Of a stretch of DNA of 64,000 nucleotides, positions 59,727-64,000 are shown one piece after another; within the stretch, counting starts at the first letter, position 1; each line of letters starts with the position of its first letter. The position numbers were made by a program, and so were the translations under genes. Location of the stretch: positions 20,684-84,683 of the forward strand of contig JAMIIA010000094.1 of assembly GCA_035913795.1 (NCBI GenBank), read 5' to 3'. The DNA is from Bacteroidales bacterium. GTDB lineage: Bacteria; Bacteroidota; Bacteroidia; Bacteroidales; UBA10428. Under the pieces are notes generated by a model. It did not search any database and was not told the origin of the DNA. It saw only the letters and a list, made by a program, of their open reading frames with translations.

Positions 59727-60017
59727 ATGGAGGAAAAGCTTTCCATAAAAGTAAATATAGCCGACAAGTTTTATCCTTTAAAAATTGATAAACACGAAGA
59801 GGAAAGAATAAGGAAAGCAGCAAGACTAATAAACGAAAGACTTCTGCAATACAAGCAGAAATACACCGACAAAGATGTACTTGATTTTCTTGCCATGACA
59901 GCCTTGCAAAATACCACCAGAATGGTGGAGTTGGAAGAAAAACACGATGTAAACACAGTAATCGAAAACATCAAAGACATTACTGAGGAATTGGACGAAT
60001 ACATAAAAGGAGAGTAA
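59727..60017 (+). CDS. zapA: Cell division protein ZapA
   Basis: 96 aa. IKVNIADKFYPLKIDKHEEERIRKAARLINERL matches the ZapA N-terminal fold pattern. Confidence 0.78.
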   Translation: MEEKLSIKVNIADKFYPLKIDKHEEERIRKAARLINERLLQYKQKYTDKDVLDFLAMTALQNTTRMVELEEKHDVNTVIENIKDITEELDEYIKGE

Positions 60018-60043
60018 TTAGGTTCTTTACATACAGCAAAGAT

Positions 60044-60243
60044 ATTGCCCGCATTGTTTCTTCAAATATTTGTGAAACTCAACACTTTCTACATTGAAGC
60101 ATCGCTCGGGTCATCAAGAACAGGCCATATCCCGATTCGTCGGGAATCGTAAAAGATCATTGGAAGTTCGAAATGGTACGGCGGCTTCACCCCTGACAGA
60201 ATGGGGTTTCAATAAATCTTGAGGAAATATGCGGGCATTTTTA
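60044..60243 (+). ncRNA. Candidate structured small RNA (6S-like) or rny leader ending in an intrinsic terminator
   Basis: TGCCCGCAT (60046-60054) pairs with ATGCGGGCA (60229-60237). The helix is extended by 60057-60062/60021-offset (read as 60221-60226) and by TGAAAC (60073-60078) / GTTTCA (60206-60211). GAAGC..CGC (60096-60105) pairs with GCGGCTTC (60181-60188). There is an internal UUCG-loop hairpin CCCGA-TTCG-TCGGG (60131-60144). A T-run at 60238-60242 follows the closing helix. No ORF is present. Confidence 0.42.
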
Positions 60244-60267
60244 TTTATATATAATTCAAATTAACCA

Positions 60268-61839
60268 ATGGACGCAACAAACACAATAGCAAACCAGGCT
60301 TTCCTTTTACAAGGAATAGTAACAGGCAGTATTGCCTTTCTGGTAGGCGGAGGGCTGGCATTCGTGCTATACAATTTTGCCCTAAAAAAGAAAAGAGAAC
60401 GCATAGTGAACGATGCCAATGCCGAAGCTGAAGTAATAAAAAAGGATAAAATGTTACAGGCTAAAGAAAGATTTCTTCAACTTAAGTCGGAACACGAAAA
60501 ACACATTAACGAACGCAACAGCAAACTGGCCCAAGCCGAATCGAAATTTAACCAACGCGAATCGCAACTCTCTCATAAATACGAGGAACTGCAACGTCTT
60601 AAAAACGAACAAGATGCCATCCGTGAAAATCTAAATGTTCAACTTGAGCTGGTCGACAAAAAAAGCCAGGAACTGAGTAAATTGCACAAACAGCAAATTG
60701 ATCAACTCGAAACCATTTCTGGTCTTTCGGGCGAAGAAGCCAAAAACCAGCTGATTGAATCTCTGAAAGACGAAGCCAAAACAGAGGCTATCTCTTACAT
60801 CAACGAGATCATGGACGAGGCTAAGATGACCGCCAATCGCGAAGCAAAAAAAGTGGTAATAGAAACCATTCAGCGTGTAGCCACCGAAACTGCCATCGAG
60901 AACGCAGTAACTGTTTTTAATATTGAAAGTGACGAAATAAAAGGCCGGATTATCGGTCGCGAAGGAAGAAACATCCGTGCCCTCGAGGCCGCCACTGGTG
61001 TGGAAATTATTGTTGACGACACCCCTGAAGCCATCATCCTATCGGCTTTCGACCCGGTGCGCAGAGAAATTGCCCGCCTTGCTCTTCACCAATTGGTAAC
61101 CGATGGCCGGATTCACCCTGCCCGTATTGAAGAGGTAGTAGCTAAAACGAAAAAACAAATTGAAGAAGAAATTATAGAGGTTGGAAAACGCACTGCCATT
61201 GACCTTGGTGTTCATGGATTGCATCCTGAACTTATTCGCCTGGTAGGTAAAATGAAATACCGTTCGTCCTACGGACAGAACCTGCTGCAGCACTCGCGCG
61301 AAGTAGCCAATCTGTGCGCCATTATGGCATCGGAACTTGGACTTAACCCCAAAACTGCCAAACGCGCTGGTTTGTTACACGATATTGGAAAAGTTTCCGA
61401 TGAGGAACCAGAATTGCCCCATGCCATTTACGGCATGAAGATGGCCGAACGTTGCAAGGAAAAGCCTGATATTGTAAATGCCATTGGAGCCCACCACGAT
61501 GAGATTGAAATGACTAGTCTTATTTCACCCATTGTTCAGGTTTGCGATGCTATTTCCGGAGCCAGACCCGGTGCCCGTAGAGAAGTAGTAGAGGCCTATA
61601 TTAAAAGATTAAAAGATCTGGAAAATCTGGCTTTGGCATACCCCGGTGTTACTAAAACCTATGCCATCCAGGCTGGTCGTGAACTGAGGGTTATTGTTGG
61701 AAGCGACAAAGTAAGTGACAAAGAGGCCGATGCTTTATCGTACGAAATTGCTAAACGCATACAGGACGAGATGACTTACCCCGGACAGGTAAAAATTACT
61801 GTTATTCGCGAAACGCGTGCGGTAAGCTATGCAAAATAA
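60268..61839 (+). CDS. rny: Ribonuclease Y
   Basis: 523 aa. N-terminal TM helix, long coiled coil, KH motif [15 protein letters not shown], and HD domain LLHDIGK...GAHHDE. Confidence 0.92.
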   Translation: MDATNTIANQAFLLQGIVTGSIAFLVGGGLAFVLYNFALKKKRERIVNDANAEAEVIKKDKMLQAKERFLQLKSEHEKHINERNSKLAQAESKFNQRESQLSHKYEELQRLKNEQDAIRENLNVQLELVDKKSQELSKLHKQQIDQLETISGLSGEEAKNQLIESLKDEAKTEAISYINEIMDEAKMTANREAKKVVIETIQRVATETAIENAVTVFNIESDEIKGRIIGREGRNIRALEAATGVEIIVDDTPEAIILSAFDPVRREIARLALHQLVTDGRIHPARIEEVVAKTKKQIEEEIIEVGKRTAIDLGVHGLHPELIRLVGKMKYRSSYGQNLLQHSREVANLCAIMASELGLNPKTAKRAGLLHDIGKVSDEEPELPHAIYGMKMAERCKEKPDIVNAIGAHHDEIEMTSLISPIVQVCDAISGARPGARREVVEAYIKRLKDLENLALAYPGVTKTYAIQAGRELRVIVGSDKVSDKEADALSYEIAKRIQDEMTYPGQVKITVIRETRAVSYAK

Positions 61840-61859
61840 AAAATCAACTTTATTAAAAC

Positions 61860-61894
61860 TAAAAACGCCTCTTGAATCCGGAGGCGTTTTTTTT
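61860..61894. terminator. Bidirectional intrinsic terminator (rny / SirB1-like gene)
   Basis: A5 tract, stem CGCCTC (61866-61871) / GAGGCG (61881-61886), 9-nt loop, then T8. The T-tract overlaps the stop codon (61893-61895) of the convergent gene. Confidence 0.85.
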
Positions 61895-62771
61895 ATCTGA
61901 CAATCTGCTTGTTAATGGTTTTTAGTAGCTGCTGCAAAGGCTTAACTTTTTCGTCGTACCCTATTTTTTCATAGGCAATAATAAGGTTCACAATTAACCG
62001 TTCCAAAATAATTTCGTTGTTGCAGGGAAGAAAATAATCTGGTTTAGGCTCTATTTTTTCAGCATCAATAAAACGCTCTATTTCGTAGCGGGTTAAAATG
62101 GCACCATTGTTATAGGGGTTAATATAAAACAAAATATCGTTCGAAATATCGTGGGCTTCCACATGCCGGTATTCATTGATATAGGCCAAAACAAAGGCCT
62201 TTGGCAAGTTAACACCATAAACCGGCAGTTTCAGATGCCGGGCAATGGCAAGATATAAAATACCAAGCGATACAGGATTTCCCTTGCGGGTTTCCAGTAC
62301 ATAGTTGATAAAAGAATTGGAGGGGGAATAAAAATTGGCCGAATTGCGGGTAAAGTGATTCAATTCAAAAATAACATAATTCAATAGGTTTACCTTTTCA
62401 TAGGCAGTAAGGCTTGTGCCCGATTCAAAATTCACTTCAGAGGCTATGCGTTCAACTTCCGAACTTATTGCCTCCAGCGAAATATTCGGATACTGAATCT
62501 GTGCCAATGTAACAGCCCCTTCGAGCAAATTAGACGCGCCGGTGGCAAGCCAATCTTTTATCCGCTGGTGTGTATGCGAAATCTGAATGTAATGGATCAT
62601 GCTTTCAATTCTCTGCTGAAAATGCGCATCCACTGTTGTTTCCCATACTTTTTCGAGCTGGGGTATAATGCTTAACCCTTGTTTCATCAATTCGGCTGTT
62701 ACAGCCTTGTGTACTTCCAAATCCTTATCGTCAAGTAGCGATATTAAAGACTGAATTGGCTTTCTCATCAT
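61893..62771 (-). CDS. Transglutaminase-like / SirB1 (UPF0162) family protein
   Basis: 292 aa. NSFINYVLETRKGNPVSLGILYLAIARHLKLPVYGVNLPKAFVL matches the conserved SirB1-type core as I remember it. Confidence 0.55.
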   Translation of the reverse strand: MMRKPIQSLISLLDDKDLEVHKAVTAELMKQGLSIIPQLEKVWETTVDAHFQQRIESMIHYIQISHTHQRIKDWLATGASNLLEGAVTLAQIQYPNISLEAISSEVERIASEVNFESGTSLTAYEKVNLLNYVIFELNHFTRNSANFYSPSNSFINYVLETRKGNPVSLGILYLAIARHLKLPVYGVNLPKAFVLAYINEYRHVEAHDISNDILFYINPYNNGAILTRYEIERFIDAEKIEPKPDYFLPCNNEIILERLIVNLIIAYEKIGYDEKVKPLQQLLKTINKQIVR

Positions 62772-62798
62772 TCAAAGTCAACTATTATTTGCTTGAAA

Positions 62799-62806
62799 CA
62801 AATATA
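62799..62806 (-). promoter_or_regulatory. -7 box (TATATTTG on the minus strand) upstream of the SirB1-like gene
   Basis: The plus strand reads CAAATATA, 28 nt upstream of the start at 62771. Confidence 0.4.
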
Positions 62807-63044
62807 TTGTACGTTTGAACAGGCTCCCTTCTAACTTATAAACAATTCCAAGAAACATTTCTTAAAGTCAGCTTAAATCGGTATGCTGTATCGAAAATAA
62901 ATATTAGGCTATCTCGAAAAATCCTGTTAATTTAGAAAGAATGATTCCCCGTAATGTTGATTTTATGTGCCAACATAAGAATTAAGCTAAAAGGCTAATG
63001 TTGGTGTTTAAGCTTTTATGTGGAAGTAATAACTATAACCAGAA

Positions 63045-64000
63045 ATGAGGGATGTAACAAGCTTTGAAATCGCCGAAACCCATTTTGGTAGATTAAATGC
63101 AATAAAAATAACGAATAAGCAAACCCATGAGCGATTAGTTGTGTTGCCCGATATGGGAGGAATGTTATTGGATTATAAACTCTTGATTAATCAACAATTA
63201 ATTCCTGTTTTAGATAGTTATCAGACTGATGCTGAACTCATGGAAACGATTGGCAATAGTTTTAAAGGAAGCTTTTTATTTCCTTTCCCAAACCGTGTGG
63301 ATGGGGGGAAATATCAGTTTAAAGGAAAACAGTATCAGCTGAATGTAAACTTTTCGAACGAGAATAACGCCATTCATGGCTTGCTATTCGACAAAAAGTT
63401 TGTAAAGACTTCTGAAACAATCGATCAGCATAACTGCACCCTCGTGCTGAGCCATTCAGACAACAACCTGCCTGGCTACCCCTTTGCTTTTCGAATAGAT
63501 ATTGTTTACACCCTTAATCAACAAAGTGAATTGAGTATCTGCACACGCATTACCAATACAGGAGACCAGAATATGCCAGCTGGCATTGGCTGGCATCCTT
63601 ATTTAACGCTAGGTTGCAAGGTCGACGAACTAAAATTAAGCTTTCCGGCTGCGGAAAAATACATAACCAATCAGCGTATGCTTCCAACTGGAGAACATAA
63701 TGCATACAACGATTTTACTAAGCTAAAGCAAATAGACAACAATCGTTTTGATACTTGTTTTAAAGTAGCGACTAATACCGGCCATGCCGAAACTATTCTG
63801 TGCAATTCAAACCTAAAAGGAGGGATTAAAGTTTGGCAAAAAACCGGACCGAACCAATACAATTTTCTGCAGCTTTATACACCAGATCAAAGGCAATCCA
63901 TTGCCATAGAACCCATGACCTGTTTGCCTAACGCTTTCAACATAAACTCTGAATTTTTGGATTTACCTCCTGGTTCTAGTCATGAAGTAGAATGGGGAAT
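63045..64000 (+). CDS. Aldose 1-epimerase (galactose mutarotase-like) family protein, partial (3' end outside the window)
   Basis: Absent from the ORF track because it has no stop in the window. My own translation from ATG 63045 gives MRDVTSFEIAETHFGRLNAIKITN...LFPFPNRVDGGKYQFKGKQYQLNVNFSNENNAIHGLLF...GIGWHPYLTL...IAIEPMTCLPNAFN. It is open to position 64000. Confidence 0.72.
   Translation, partial: MRDVTSFEIAETHFGRLNAIKITNKQTHERLVVLPDMGGMLLDYKLLINQQLIPVLDSYQTDAELMETIGNSFKGSFLFPFPNRVDGGKYQFKGKQYQLNVNFSNENNAIHGLLFDKKFVKTSETIDQHNCTLVLSHSDNNLPGYPFAFRIDIVYTLNQQSELSICTRITNTGDQNMPAGIGWHPYLTLGCKVDELKLSFPAAEKYITNQRMLPTGEHNAYNDFTKLKQIDNNRFDTCFKVATNTGHAETILCNSNLKGGIKVWQKTGPNQYNFLQLYTPDQRQSIAIEPMTCLPNAFNINSEFLDLPPGSSHEVEWG

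Noticed and set aside
60064-60072. ATATTTG inside the 6S-like candidate as a possible internal promoter for rny.
   Set aside because: It is not an exact TAnnTTTG (it reads AATATTTG), and it lies within the 5' arm of the long closing helix.

Overview
This 64-kb window reads as a core-chromosome segment of a Bacteroidota genome. The taxonomic evidence is a T9SS type-B cargo gene paired with a PorP/SprF gene, recurrent TAnnTTTG -7 promoter boxes, A-rich leaders with little Shine-Dalgarno signal, and roughly 40-45% GC by eye. About 48 protein genes are densely packed on both strands, and most are housekeeping. They include recQ, guaB, a SurA/PpiC chaperone operon ending in an OstA-like gene, a PduO-type adenosyltransferase, recG, glyA, two tandem ClC-CBS channels and an NMO/FabK-like oxidoreductase. 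Also present are RelA/SpoT, fur-purA, an ABC-F ATPase, a DAHP synthase, three sensor-kinase-type genes plus a single-domain receiver, and AsmA. The last stretch holds rplS, an M23-anmK-C69 cell-wall turnover cluster, zapA, rny and a partial aldose 1-epimerase. There is one tRNA-Arg(ACG), and six clear intrinsic terminators sit at gene-pair junctions. I saw no CRISPR array, no transposase, integrase or IS element, no prophage and no recognisable defence island. I did not find a convincing novel multi-gene system. The best leads are listed here. (1) A roughly 200-nt highly structured, terminator-ended RNA candidate lies between zapA and rny (6S-like by shape and by synteny with E. coli zapA-ssrS). 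(2) The tandem ClC paralogs have non-canonical anion-site residues. (3) A PAS-GAF histidine-kinase homolog has lost the phospho-acceptor His and the ATP-binding boxes. (4) An orphan NUMOD4/HNH_3-like DNA-binding protein apparently lacks its catalytic His. (5) A GT87/DUF2029 glycosyltransferase is split by a 1-nt frameshift in a short A-run. All family assignments come from motifs read by eye in the supplied translations. No database search was run.
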